A stretch of 64,000 bases of DNA from Lingula anatina (taxonomy: Eukaryota; Animalia; Brachiopoda). Shown here piece by piece: positions 38,963-53,096 of this stretch. The stretch is taken from the NCBI GenBank assembly GCA_051362555.1, contig CM120644.1, positions 12,670,567-12,734,566 on the forward strand. The letters run 5' to 3'. Made by a program: the position numbers and the translations under genes. The number at the start of each line of letters is the position of its first letter. Within the stretch, counting starts at the first letter, position 1. The notes beneath the pieces are model-generated. The model did not search any database, was not told the DNA's origin, and worked only from the letters and a program-made list of their open reading frames with translations.

Positions 38963-39074
38963 TTAAGGCATGGAATGATAATGTGCAGTACTAGAAGAAT
39001 ATATTTGCATTTGGTTGAATTTTTCTGAAAAATGAAATCCAAGCAGAGGCATCCGTATGGGCTTTTTTGTTAAG

Positions 39075-39119
<45 letters not shown>

Positions 39120-39450
39120 TACACTTATGCCATTTCCCATTTCCTGTACAGAAATAACTGGTAAGCAATGTTGATGTTTTCCTCAAAACTCTTGAAGAGT
39201 AATCATTACTTTTAGATGCAGGTAAAATTCAAAAATGGCCAAGGTCCCCTTTTTGTTATCATGCGTTTTTGATAGTAACAAAGGAATCTGCCATAAGAAC
39301 AATGTGAAAGTTTTGATATGGCTGAAGTATATATTGATGATTCTACTGAGTGTACTGACAAATTACTCCAGTATACTTACAAAATTCAAAGAGGAAAATA
39401 AACTTTTAAGTGAAAATAAAATTTCCATAGATTTTGCAGAGTGCGGGTCT

Positions 39451-41468
39451 TTATAGAGGAACTAACTCAATGGCTAAAAAAGAAAACAAATATGAAAAAG
39501 GCAAATTAATTAAGTTCCAACATTTGACAATGATCTGTGTTGTAAAGTATATCTGGATTATTTTTGGCTTAAATGGACATGACAACTGTCTGTGTAGTAT
39601 AGCACTTGATATTTGAAGATCTAGTTTATATCCAAAATAACTTGCGTCTTCCTTGTAAATATCCCAGACTTGCCTTGCCAATCTTCGGTCAATCCCTCTG
39701 AAGTATTTTTGTATTAGCGTCTGGTTGCTAGGAATTTCAACCTTGCGATGGGATTGCGGGAATTGACTTATCAAGTTTTCAGCATCAAGAAGTTGAAACA
39801 GGTTTTCTGCATCAGTTAGTAGAGTTTCGTGATGAACAATGATGTCGTATTCAACATAGCAGGGTTTACAGGTGTCTGTTAAACTCCAGTGGTTGTTGAT
39901 TGGCCCTTTATCGACTATATACTGAAGAAAATCTGAAAATAAAATATTTCTGCTTTTTGTAATGTTCCCATTGTAATTGCGGTTTATATAAGCTTTCACT
40001 CTAGGACCTATTTGACGTTCCCGCACTTGTTCTTTGTAAGCTGATACAATTCGCTCTAATGGATGACGTACAACCATTACCTTAAGGTAATTTCTTAAGC
40101 GTGCCCTTATGCCATTGTTGTTGAAAGAGAGTAACTGCGTGTAATTGCCAGATTTTTTCTTGGTTATTGAATCTGATGAGGGATCAACCTGTCCAGAGAG
40201 AATCCAATACACCATTCCCCAGCTACGACTTGCAGCTTTATGCAGGGTGCAGAGAATGAGTTTGTGTTGGTCTTCCACAAGAATACGCTGTCCTATACCC
40301 ACATGGGAGGTTGAAACATTTTTACTGTTGTGGCATCTGTCTTGTAACATACGCTTTCTTCTATTGATGACTGACACCCATTCTTCTGGCACCTTGTTCC
40401 AACTGAATGACTGAAAGAAAATCTTAAAAAATTACCTCAACAAAGAAACATGTTTATGGGTAAAAAAGAGGTCAACAAAGATCACCGCACGCCAGTGTGG
40501 TGGCAGAGGTTCCAGTGGTGCAGTACAAATCTGTGCAATTTGATAGGGTTTTACATGTTATAGTTAAAATGCATATAGGATAATGTAATTGGATATGGCA
40601 TTTTAGTTTTGAGATAATATTTACTTTTGCTTCAAAATCTTTAGTTGTCTATGTGCATAATTACTGTGGCACGTGCAAAGCAAAATAATAGAATGGCGGC
40701 AACCCTCATATTTTTTATGTACTGATACACAGTGAATAGGAATGTTTGATCTAACTAGTGAAAATATTGAGAAATAAGTAGAGAAATGTACGGAGAAATA
40801 CCTGCCAGATTGTATCATCTATGGCACCATTCTCTCGATTGTATTTCTGTGTTCCATTAGCAATGTTGATATTTTTGCCTTTGAATTCATCTTGATTTGC
40901 TTCTTCTCTGTGGTGAACTTGAACAGGTTGAAAAGGGAGAACCTGGGCTAGGTGTTGGCTGCCTAAAAAATTGCACAATTATGTGATAAAAGTTGAGTCA
41001 ATTTGATTTTATATGAATGTCTATTTAATACATAAATCCTTTTGATTACCATCCGCTTAAATAAGTCAGCTGTCTTTTGGATTGCTATCTCGCCAACATA
41101 TTCTATTCAAAGTAGAACATGTTGGCGAGATAGTAGTCCAAAACACATCTACGTAATTCAGTATTCTTGAAGATTTAAGTTTGAATTTTTCAGACATATT
41201 CTAACTTTCTTAAGATAATATTTTTTTCATCTCAAATTCCATGCACTTTCCATTAACCATCGATTGTTTGAAACATATCTTATAATACTTCTCCCAATTT
41301 CATCAATAGTTGTTTTAAACTAGACATAATCAATGCTTGTATTATTTTAACCAAAGAGTTACAAAGGGTTAAAGAAATATACTTACCCCTCCAATACAAC
41401 AAGAACAATATTGCAGAGCACGGAGTTATTACCAGTAAAATGACAAGGACCTTTTTCCATGCCATCAT
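39451..41468 (-). CDS. Carbohydrate sulfotransferase copy D, stop-loss variant, about 400 aa
   Basis: Exons 41387-41468, 40802-40962, 39451-40410. Offset exactly 16350 bp from copy B with the same catalytic-exon protein, but TAA is CAA at 39613-39615, adding 54 aa. Confidence 0.85.
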
Positions 41469-41878
41469 AATAAGTATCTTATCACCAGGGATGATCTGTC
41501 ACAGTGCTTATTCTTAAGTGACTGCTTCTCTAACCGATGGATGCTCTCACTGAACAATCGCTCACTTATGCTCAAGTAAACCTTTCACTCACACGATCAA
41601 TCCCACATCAATTGATCTAAAACTTCACGTAAGTGTTTGCGACAGAAACCAAGTCAACCACAAGACTAAGTTAACGTAACGCTGCTTTGTTCAACAATAT
41701 GAAAAAATACTAGCCTTTGCTTTTACTATATATTTATGCCTTTTTGTAGCGTATGCATAAACACATGGAGGTGATATACCAGTACATTATGCATACTTCA
41801 TTCTCATATGCGGCACGACCGATTCATTTTCATATATTCATTCTCTTCAATGCGGCACAACTGATGAGTCTACACAAA

Positions 41879-41942
<64 letters not shown>

Positions 41943-42625
41943 ATAAATAAATAAACAAAAGACATGCAATAACCCCGACTCCGATTTTCACGGGCATATC
42001 CAGAAGGTATGCCCGATCGTCAGGAGGTTTATTAATTATAAGAAAGTACAAATGCTCCGTACTGTTGAGCACTCTGTTCCACACTTACGCTTGTTATATA
42101 TATATATATATATATTCTATTCGGTATATAATTATAATTCGGTATAAAATTAATAGTGTTTAAAACTGCAATTAAGATAATTAATTGTATTTATGTAGCA
42201 AATGGTTTGTTTTAGTGGTGGTATTAACTTTTTGGTAATACATCAACGTTTTGTTTGGGTCTTGTGTCTGCACATTTTGACCTTAAGAAGTTGACCAAGG
42301 CAAGGTGATAACAGGGTTAAGGAATGTCTTAGCTGCTGTGTATCTAGGCACACACATTTATATTTTATGAAAGATGTTTTGGGGACTAATTCTAGCGAGC
42401 TGCATTCAGTGAGAAGTCATTCAGCTTTGTAGCTGCGGAGATATTTACCCGCAGTTTTATCAGCTACACTGTATTATCACTTACGTTTCTTTATTGTTAT
42501 TTGTACACTGGTTATATTACCAGTCATCACTTTTTGTGGTTTCAAGCTTTGGGGATGGCTATTTGTTACTTGGTGACTTTATTTTCTTCGGATAATATTC
42601 AGTTTTCCCGCAGCCACCAGTTTTA

Positions 42626-42840
42626 CACCCCATTTCCATAGATTAGATCGACCTACTTTAGATTGACCTAACTCCCTGGGGGTTCACGCTAAATAACTGT
42701 CAGCCGGGCGGACACGAAAGTTAATTACCTCCTTACAGCTTGTAGTAGGCGGGACGGACATTTAAGTCGGATTATCTGAAAGTAATCTAGTGAGACTCCC
42801 CGCGGGGATAGATCGATCTAAAATCTATGGGAATAGAGCC
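42626..42840. mobile_element. MITE-like insertion related to the element at 15750
   Basis: Inverted ends CCATAGATTAGATCGACCTA ... TAGATCGATCTAAAATCTATGG. Absent from the paralog near 27255. Confidence 0.6.
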
Positions 42841-43366
42841 TTGGTATTCAAGATTCAGCGACGGCTGTTGACGGCTATTTGTTACTTGGTGACTTTATTT
42901 TCTTCGGACAATATTCAGTTTTCCCCAGTCACCAGTTTTTGTTATTCAAGTTTCGGCGCCGGCTGTTTCCTTTTATTGGGTGACTTCAAGTCTTGGATCA
43001 CACACTGGCCAGTATTTATTTATTGTCTTCATTTTCCCCCCTTATTCATGTGTTCTTATCAGTAGATTTATAATTTGTTGTGTGATGCAACAACAGTTGT
43101 TAGCTATTTTGTTTAGGTGTCACTTCATCATGTTATTCTTGATTTTATTTCTTTTGTGTGCATCTATTTTATTTATGTTTATATTCCTATCGGGCCAGGA
43201 GTTTTGCAGTTTTCATATTTCCTATTTCCTGGCTGTCACTGACATGCCATAATCTATTCATATCCCCATTTTCCGATTGTCTCCGTGTCCGCATTACCAG
43301 GTGAAGTATTATTAGGGGTTTCTGGTCGACTAGGTAATATGTATTTTTGGAGTTGTTATGCTCTTT

Positions 43367-43670
43367 GTTCTGGGTGTACTTCCCAGGTTTTTAACTGTTT
43401 GCCTAGTAGTGAGAACCCTGTGGTGGTATCTGGTATACTAGGTTCTGGGTGTATTTCCCAGGTGTTTAACTGTTTGCCTAGTAGTAAGAACCATGAGGTG
43501 TTATCTGGTATACTAGGTTCTGGGTGTATTTCCCAGGTGTTTAACTGTTTGCCTAGTAGTGAGAACCCTGTGGTGGTATCTGGTATACTAGGTTCTGGGT
43601 GTAGTTCCCAGGTGTTTAACTGTTTGCCTAGTAGTGAGAACCCTGAGGTGGTATCTGGTATACTAGGTTT
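43367..43670. repeat. 75-bp minisatellite, 4 copies (paralog of 27684-27986)
   Basis: Same unit and period as 27684-27986. Confidence 0.88.
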
Positions 43671-45287
43671 ATATTTTGTGGGAGCTGTTATGCCCCTATT
43701 CTGGGTAGTCACCTAGCTGTATGTTCGTTTGCCTAGTCGGTTTTACCAGATATCCCTGTTTTTACGTGCACGGCTAAGCTGAGGCTGTTGCCTGCATGGA
43801 TTTTCTCTGGCGGCAGACTAGGAGATGTTTTTTGCACTTTTAATATCAATATGGCTCGTGCCATATCTACCCAAGCTATTCGTTGGGTTTATGCCGGGTA
43901 TATATGTTCTCTGTACAAGTGTATATTTTATTCATATTACTTATTCCGTTTACTTGAATTACCTGGCCTGGGAAATTTTATTACTGAATTGTCTTATATA
44001 TAAATGCAACTGCCTTTGCGCGGACTTCTCAGTGTCCTTTGTCTTTATGGTACCATGCCTTCCAAGACCCCTCCCGGGAGGAGTACCGTAGGCGATCCAG
44101 GATGTCGGTTGTCTCCAGTGCGCGCTCATTATCCAGCAAATGACGATTGGCTCTTACATCCACTGCTCCTGGTGGAAAGAAGCCGAGTCACACCGCCACA
44201 CACTTCTTCTGAGACGGAATCAACCTCTACTTCACTTGTTATCGACTGCGATTTGTTGGCACAGCGTATTATTGCTCATCAAAACTGCTCAGAGGCACAG
44301 AAATGCCGAGCGCTTCTCCTTCTCCCGACTCCTCCTTGCAAGAGATTAACGTTCAGCAGCAGATACCCTGTACCCAGTATCAGCAGTCTGTTCGACACTG
44401 TAAACACACGGTGTGAGCTTCTCTCACATCATATGGCCTTTTATTTTCATTTGCGCCAACTTTTTGCTCCTATAGCTGTTGTGATTTCTCATATTTTTCT
44501 TAATTAATCCTGGTTACACTCATTAACATACTTTATTATTTTTATATTATGGCACTTATATAGTTTGGGGATGTTTGATTATCTCCCCGGTTTTGTAACT
44601 TTGTATCTTATTAGTTTTCGTCATTTTCCTATCACACGTTAGACTTGTAAGCGTGCCGTCATTTTCATTGACAGCTCTGGAGAGGGCCCTATCCTAGTGA
44701 TGCCCAGTCGGGTGTCAAGGATATGTAGAAAGAAGCGCTTACAAAGGCGATTACGTTTAACCGCAGTTAAGAGGGGTGAAGATGCATTTGAACGTTTCAG
44801 TGGGTCTTCCTCGGCAATCGAGTAATTTTACCTCGGAGATTCCTTCTTTGTTATCGGCCAAGTGATCAGATGAAACTGTCTGTCGAGAGCAAGTGGCCGT
44901 CACTTGTGTTAATACGAGTTTTTTACAGGTAACGCTGCAGGATTACTGTGGATTGCCTCTAATACCAGATCATTCACCGTACTTTAGGCCAATATGAAGT
45001 TATTAATTATTTTATGAATAGGTTTGATTTTCTTTCTTTCCTCTGGAAATGCATTTTTAACACGAACTTTTCTCTTCCCCATAACGTACTTGACTTCTTC
45101 ACTGCTTAACTGATGTAAGACTTATGACCTATTACCGCACATATAATCGGCTTATAACTTATTAACTATGCTCCGCCCCCTCATGGCAATGGCCCTTAGC
45201 AACAGAGGCGTGGTTTAGTCGTCAGCCTGACTGGGGCGCGTTGTCGGTTGAAAAACTCATCAAAAGACACATTTTGCGGTGCAAATT

Positions 45288-45354
<67 letters not shown>

Positions 45355-45553
45355 TCCAACGTCAGATAATTTTTTAATTAATATAAACACACAAAAAACT
45401 CAAAAACATGATTTTAAGCGTAGTTTACCCTTCTACTGGCCTTAAGGCATGGAATGATAATGTGCAGTACTAGAAGAATATATTTGCATTTGGTTGAATT
45501 TTTCTGAAAAATGAAATCCAAGCAGAGGCATCCGTATGGGCTTTTTTGTTAAG

Positions 45554-45617
<64 letters not shown>

Positions 45618-46113
45618 AGATACACTTATGCCATTTCCCATTTCCTGTACAGAAATAACTGGTAAGCAATGTTGATGTTTTCCTCAAAACTCTTGAAGAG
45701 TAATCATTACTTTTAGATGCAGGTAAAATTCAAAAATGGCCAAGGTCCCCTTTTTGTTATCATGCGTTTTTGATAGTAACAAAGGAATCTGCCATAAGAA
45801 CAACGTGAAAGTTTTGATATGGCTGAAGTATATATTGATGATTCTACTGAGTGTACTGACAAATTACTCCAGTATACTTACAAAATTCAAAGAGGAAAAT
45901 AAACTTTTAAGTGAAAATAAAATTACCATAGATTTTGCAGAGTGCGGGTCTTTATAGAGGAACTAACTCAATGGCTAAAAAAGAAAACAAATATGAAAAA
46001 GGCAAATTAATTAAGTTCCAACATTTGACAATGATCTGTGTTGTAAAGTATATCTGGATTATTTTTGGCTTAAATGGACATGACAACTGTCTGTGTAGTA
46101 TAGCACTTGATAT

Positions 46114-48216
46114 TTAAAGATCTAGTTTATATCCAAAATAACTTGCATCTTCCTTGTAAATATCCCAGACTTGCCTTGCCAATCTTCGGTCAATCCCTCT
46201 GAAGTATTTTTGTATTAGCGTCTGGTTGCTAGGAATTTCAACCTTGCGATGGGATTGCGGGAATTGACTTATCAAGTTTTCAGCATCAAGAAGTTGAAAC
46301 AGGTTTTTTGCATCAGTTAGTAGAGTTTCGTGATGAACAATGATGTCGTATTCAACATAGCAGGGTTTACAGGTGTCTGTTAAACTCCAGTGGTTGTTGA
46401 TTGGCCCTTTATCGACTATATACTGAAGAAAATCTGAAAATAAAATATTTCTGCTTTTTTTAATGTTCCCATTGTAATTGCGGTTTATATAAGCTTTCAC
46501 TCTAGGACCTATTTGACGTTCCCGCACTTGTTCTTTGTAAGCTGATACAATTCGCTCTAATGGATGACGTACAACCATTACCTTAAGGTAATTTCTTAAG
46601 CGCGCCCTGATGCCATTGTTGTCGAAAGAGAGTAACTGCGTGTAATTGCCAGATTTTTTCTTGGTTATCGAATCTGATGAGGGATCAACCTGTCCAGAGA
46701 GAGTCAAATACACCATTCCCCAGCTACGACTTGCAGCTTTATTCAGGGTGCAGAGAATGAGTTTGTGTTGGTCTTCCACAATAATACGCTGTCCTGTATT
46801 CACATGGGAGGTTGAAACAGTTTTACGGTTGCGGCATCTGTCTTGTAACATACGTTTTCTCCAGTTGATAACTGACACCCAATCGTCTGGCACCTTGTTC
46901 CAACTGAATGACTGAAAGAAAATTTAAAAAAATTACCTCAACAGAGAAACATGGTTATGGGTAAAAAGGAGGTCAACAAAGATCGCACTCCAGTGTGGCG
47001 GCAGAGGATCCAGTGGCGCAGCACAAATTGCTACAATTTGATGGGATTTTAATAATTGAAATACATATGGGATAATGTGATTTGATATGCAATTGTTGTT
47101 TTGAGATAGTGTTGAGGTTTTTAAAAAAGACTTGAAAACATTCTTATTTTCACAGTACTTCAATTAAAATTTAATACTTGAAATTAAATATTTTCTCAGA
47201 AAATAGTTTTATTGTTTAGACTATTACTATTATCACCAACATTATTCATTTTAATTGTTTTATTAATCTCTGCTTTTATTATCTATATAATCACTTGTAA
47301 TTCTGATAATTATATTTGTAAACAGCACTGAGACAGTAGTGTAGTGCGGTTTTTAAGAAATAAATATTATTATCATTATTTACTTTTGCTTCAAAATCTG
47401 TAGTTGTCTATGTGCATAATTACTGTGGCACAGAGATGCAAGAAAAGTACGCCTTTAATGTCATTTATCATCAAAACACGTGCATAGAAAAATAATAGAA
47501 TGGCGGCGACCCTGATATTTTTTTTATGTACAGATACACAGTGAATAGGAATGTTTGATTGAACTAGTGAAATTATTGATAAGTAGGTTGAGAAATATAC
47601 GTAGAAATACCTGCCAGATTGTATCATCTATGACATCACTATGTCGGTGGTATTTCTGTGTTCCATAAGAGATGTTGATATATTTGCCTTTGAATGCATC
47701 TTGATTTGCTTCTTCTTTGTGGTGAACTTGAACAGGTTGAAAAGGGAGAACCTGGGCTTGGCGTTGGCTGCCTGAAACCATTGCACATGTATGTGATAAA
47801 AGCCCAGTCAGTTTGATTTTATATGAATGCCAACTGGATACATAAATCCTTTTGATTACCATCCGCTTAAATAAGTCAGCTGTCTTTTGGATTGCTATCT
47901 CGCCAACATATTCTATTCAAAGTAGAACATGTTGGCGAGATAGTAGTCCAAAACACATCTACGTAATTCAGTATTCTTGAAGATTTAAGTTTGAATTTTT
48001 CAGACATATTCTAACTTTCTTAAGATAATATTTTTTCATCTCAAATTTCATGTGCTTTCCATTAATCATCGATTGTTTAAAACATGCTTGTGTTATTGTA
48101 ACCAAAGAGTTACAAAGGTTTAAAGCAATATACTTACCCTTCCAATACAACAAAAACAATATTGCAGAGCACTGAGCTATTACCAGTAGCACGACAAGGA
48201 CCTTTTTCCATACCAT
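46114..48216 (-). CDS. Carbohydrate sulfotransferase copy E, about 345 aa
   Basis: Exons 48138-48216 (MVWKKVLVVLLVIAQCSAILFLLYWK), 47611-47771, 46114-46911. Motif LCTLNKAASRSW. Confidence 0.9.
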
Positions 48217-49129
48217 TGTAATATTAAGTATCTAATATCACCATGTATGATCCGTCTCAGTGCTTCTTTGATCAATCCCAGATTCAGTGTGTGCGACAGA
48301 AACCATGTCAACCACAAGGCTAAGTTAATGTAATGCTGGTTTATTCAACAACTGACACGGATTCATTACAAGAAGTGGCTTTTATACGCCCTTTAACAGG
48401 GCGACAGATTGATTTTTCACAAGATGTTTTCAAGGTATGTCTTTAGATAAATAGATAGTTATTTGATTCTCTGGCTTTTTGAAAATTTTTGTCTATATCT
48501 GCCACCTAGGTAGAGGGTAGCTTTTATACACATTTTATTAGTCATTACCATCTTACACGGATTCAGTGCTGCAAGTTTGCCTGCCCAGACTAAATTAAAA
48601 TTACGTCCTAAACTCGTCGTCTTTTGAACACCGGTCGATCCCGATTAAGGGTAAGTTTCATCTTGCGAAGAATTTATGAATGCAGTACGAAAAAATATTA
48701 ACCTTCGCATTTACTATATATTTATGCTTTTTTGTAGCGTATGCATATACACACGAAGGTGAAATACCAGTACATAATGCATACTTCATTCTCTTGTGCG
48801 ACACGCCTGATTCATTCTCATATATTCATTCTCTTCAATGCGGCACGACTGATGCAAAATTAATAGCGTTTAAATTAATTTTAAAAAAGTTTAGGTACTT
48901 TATAAACCGTAGACATGTTGGGAATTTATAAGTATTTAATTGCCTGTTCCCAAGAGCGTCAAATGCCCGTAAACTAACATGTCCTCATTCAAAAAGTTTC
49001 TGTTGCATTGTGATTTAATTATAAATATTAGCTATTAAGTTAGCACCGGTAGCTGAAGCGTGGCAGTTGCGCCCGAGTAACTTCAGCGCAAAGCGTTCTA
49101 TACTACAATTAGTTACTACTTGAGTAGAA

Positions 49130-50799
49130 ACTCGTATATTGAAAGTCTTCCTGTGACCTTGAATTTGACCTTTAACCTACTATTCACCATGAACCGGCCA
49201 CACTGCAAATTTCCAAGCTCTCGTAGTTTCTATAGACCCTTTTCATCTTTTGCGGAAATAAGAAGTGCGCGTGACAGAAACCGCGCGCCACATGGGTCAT
49301 TGTAGTCCTTCTGCTGTTTCCAGCATGGCACCGCTATGTGTCGATGATGTACATGGTGCGTATAGGCCTATAAAAGGCCGTTTGCAGCGTGCACTGCTAT
49401 GTCAAACTAAAAAGGTGGCTGAAGCACAGAAATGCGTCAACTGTAGGCAAGAAAACACAGCTATTTGGACGGAGAATCGAGCAATTATATGTAATATTTC
49501 TCAGTTTAAATACGATGCGCTGTACAACAAGACTTCACCTAAGCGTCCGACCCTTGGCTGCACTTTTTTTAATGATGACGAACTATAGCTTCAGCTAATG
49601 TTCTTTAAATGCTCGTACACAACTTTCTAGTGTATGGACAGGTACGTACGTCTTCACAATATTACATGTATATATGCAAGCTGTGGCGCTATCACTTCAT
49701 TTTAAATTTTACTATCATGCGTACATGTAGTATCAGTTCATTACGGTTTTTATGTCTTGTTTGAAGGATGTCTTAACAGATTTTTAAAATAATAAAATGA
49801 AAAGATTTCCTGAATTGATTTACTCGTACCTAAGATCTAATAAACGGATATATTAGATCTTAGCTTCAGGTAAAACTGACGCGCAGATTGTTCGTCGGTT
49901 TACTGATTAAATCATTTGGCACCTGATAAGGCATCGGGTATTACTTGCTCAATAGTTCGGGTAGAGGGGCGGCCACAATTATGTAATTAATTGTGTGTGT
50001 TAAATAGGTGAGGCAGGTTTTTTTCGACTCCTTCCTAGACGATATTATCGTCTAGGAAGGAGTCGAAAAAACCTGCCTCACCTATTATCATAATTACACT
50101 GTTTACCGTGTTTTACACTAGCATATGTACAAAATTTACGACAGGTAAAAATGTCCGACTTTCGGTCTGAAAAGTGTGAAAATTCTGTCAAACTGAAACA
50201 AAACCGTCAGACCAAAACAAAATTATAGCAATAGGGCAAATTATTTGATTTTTTATGTTTTCATGCGTATTTTCATCGTTTTCAATGATAGACAATAAAA
50301 TAAAGTATTTTCCATACATTTAACACTTTTCAACGTATTTAAGACAGTCAAAAAAATCCGTACTTAAATACTTAGCACATTTGTATTACTTTACAAATAC
50401 ATTGTTAGATAATTTTTTATTATCCATTTTATGTCTTTACTATATATGTACTATGCAGGAGAAGCTTACAGAAAGGCTTTTCTAAATAACAATATATGAC
50501 CCATAAATTTTCCAATTCACTTGTCGTTGAGTTCAGAAATACATTACTTTTTATTTTGCCGATAACGCGTTCAACAAGAGTTCTGAGCTGATGTACTTTG
50601 TTCTTCGTATGTCTCTACAATACGTGACTGGATACAAGAAGTCGTGAAAGTTATTGAATTCTTTATATAGTAGTAAACCCCGAGTAAAACTTAATAGCTT
50701 TTAGTTTCTTTTTCCATAACTTCATGCTTAGTCTTTTCTTTCTTTTTAATCTTTTTTTTATTCAGATATTTATTTATTTTTATTTATTTATTATAATTA

Positions 50800-50878
<79 letters not shown>

Positions 50879-51128
50879 GCATTGTTTTCCCCTGAGTTCT
50901 ATTTGCCGATACTTCGTTAGATCCGTTGATTAACTTTTCTCGTTTTTATTTAAACATTAATTGTAATTTTCTAAAAAAAATTGAGAACTTTTGTTTACTG
51001 CACCCTGTAGAGCTTGTCAAGCACAATACTGGAAGTGGTGTCCGCTTTTTTTGTTCTCCACACGAATGCGCTTACTCCAGCTGGTGGTACAATACGCGAA
51101 GACCGTATCGTCTCTCTGATCCTCTAGT
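49130..51128 (+). mobile_element. Split remnant of the same HINE family (about 49130-49230 and 50960-51128), interrupted by unrelated DNA
   Basis: One repeat-unit-like TGACCTTGAATTTGACC segment and the 3' end CAGCTGGTGGTACAATA...CTCTCTGATCCTCTAG|TTTT matching 35061-35110. Uninterrupted paralog at 61670-62045. Confidence 0.6.
50003..50086. repeat. Near-perfect palindrome, about 41-bp arms, 1-nt spacer
   Basis: AATAGGTGAGGCAGG(T7)CGACTCCTTCCTAGACGATA-T-TATCGTCTAGGAAGGAGTCG(A6)CCTGCCTCACCTATT. Confidence 0.95.
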
Positions 51129-51283
51129 TTTAAACGCGATTTAATGAAAAAATTTGTAATAGCTTACATTTGTATCTCACATGTTATGCACTGATTCTTT
51201 GACAATTGTTTGCTTGACATTTTTAATCGAGCAGAAACCAAGTTTTATGTCATGATTTTTACAAGCAGTCATAATATTATTAC

Positions 51284-51380
51284 CTGGAGCGGTGCTCATC
51301 CAATACAAACAGCACAACAGTATTGCAGAGGACATAGTTACCAGTACAACCGGTACCTTGGAGATCCTTTCCAGTGTCAT
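51284..51380 (-). CDS. Orphan or alternative first exon (cytoplasmic tail plus membrane anchor) upstream of copy E
   Basis: MTLERISKVPVVLVTMSSAILLCCLYWMSTAP then G|GTAAT; 97 nt, phase 1, compatible with copy E exon 2. Homologous to copy F exon 1. Confidence 0.5.
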
Positions 51381-53096
51381 TATAAGAACAACCCAGTCAG
51401 CAGGCGGGAGTCGTCAAAGTAATCTGTCTGTATATTGAGTTGTTGTTTTCAATCACTTGCAATAGGCATTTAGAATTAACGTAGTATGATGAAACTCATT
51501 TTGTATGTTTCATGTACGCTCATACCAGCACGGCATACATATTTCAATATGATCATGCACATGTGGCCTGGTTGTGCACACGAAACAACAAGGTTTGGCA
51601 TAAAATGTCGAAAACCACTATCCTATTCATTGTGTGACCTAAAGCTAAAATTACGTTTTCTTTTGCCTGAATCAATTTACCATTTGTTATTGTTTTGGTA
51701 ATGTCTTTTTTCTTATGCTGTATTAAAATAATGCTTTGAGGTATGTTACCTAATGGTCTGAGTACGGTAAACAGGCCTAGCAATAACGCCACTTTCCTAC
51801 AACATTAGTCGACGCAGTAGCAGAGGATCGAGCCCGAATCACGAAGGTCTTCTGGGTTTTCAAAAAGTGAATGTACACTTTGAACTGTCGCCTAGGATTT
51901 CTATTTTTAGTGCTCCATTGATTATAGGGCTGAGGGTGTGCGTATTTGGTCGGTTGTGGCAAATGTATCAAAATGACATTATTTGTTGACTTGGACTTAT
52001 TGAAAGGTCTTAAATAACTTCCATTATCAACCTCAAATGGTGAAGACCATACACCGGAAACCAAATAGAGATATCTTCCAAAATTTGAATTGTAAGAATT
52101 CAGCCATGCATTTAAGCTTCGACGCAGAACGTTTCTGCTAATTACTGTGCTCCCCCCATTTATGCAGCATTTATTTACGTATCTCTTATGACAATTTACG
52201 AGGTCACTTAATCTTTTGGCATGTTATTTTTTTTAAATAGGATAAAATACAACTGCACGCGTACGTCAATATATATTGCTCCAACAGCCCTTATTAAATC
52301 CCGCAATAAAATCAAATATTTTTTCTTCCCATTGAAACAAGTACAGTATTTCAAACGAGATGGGGACGATATATTTAGATATAGAATAATTATACAAAAG
52401 AGGAGAAAAATATAAAAAAAAACATGATTGCAGCGAGAGCAAGGTATTATCCCGTAATCAAAGTGGATTTCAAACGAGCGTTAAACATTTAATTACTTTC
52501 TTTTCACAATACATTGATGTAAATATCACACATGTTTTAACAGAATTATCTAGTTGTTGATAAAATATTCCAACACCGTCGTGCATTATAAGTCATGTTG
52601 AATACGAATATCTAGAAATATAATAGTCAGGATGCTTTGAAGTGTGGTGTGTTAAAAACCATTATCCGAATGGATTTTATTTTCCTACAAGATCATTCAA
52701 CAATACACCGTTTATACATTCGTTTTATACCCTCCCGTACAAATAGTGGTGTGGTCACTCCCTTGCCTCCAATACATCTATAAGTTTTTTTCTCCTTTGA
52801 AGTGCTTTTTCTTGATCCCTGCCCCCATGGGGTCCTGAAGCAAATTTGGCTTGGTTGCTACCTCGGCAACCTTAGCCAATTATAAATATCCAAGATGGCC
52901 ACCAATTCCCATAGAAATAAACACACTTGCTTACAATTTATATCCCTATATATATATATAACACCTTGCTTATCACGTATATCCCTATATAAATGTGTGT
53001 GTGTTGATTGGTATTTTATTCCCAATAATCAACTTAGCAAGATGGAAAGTGGGAGACTTCGAAATGCTAACCTTGCTATTTAAAGCCATAAACTGC

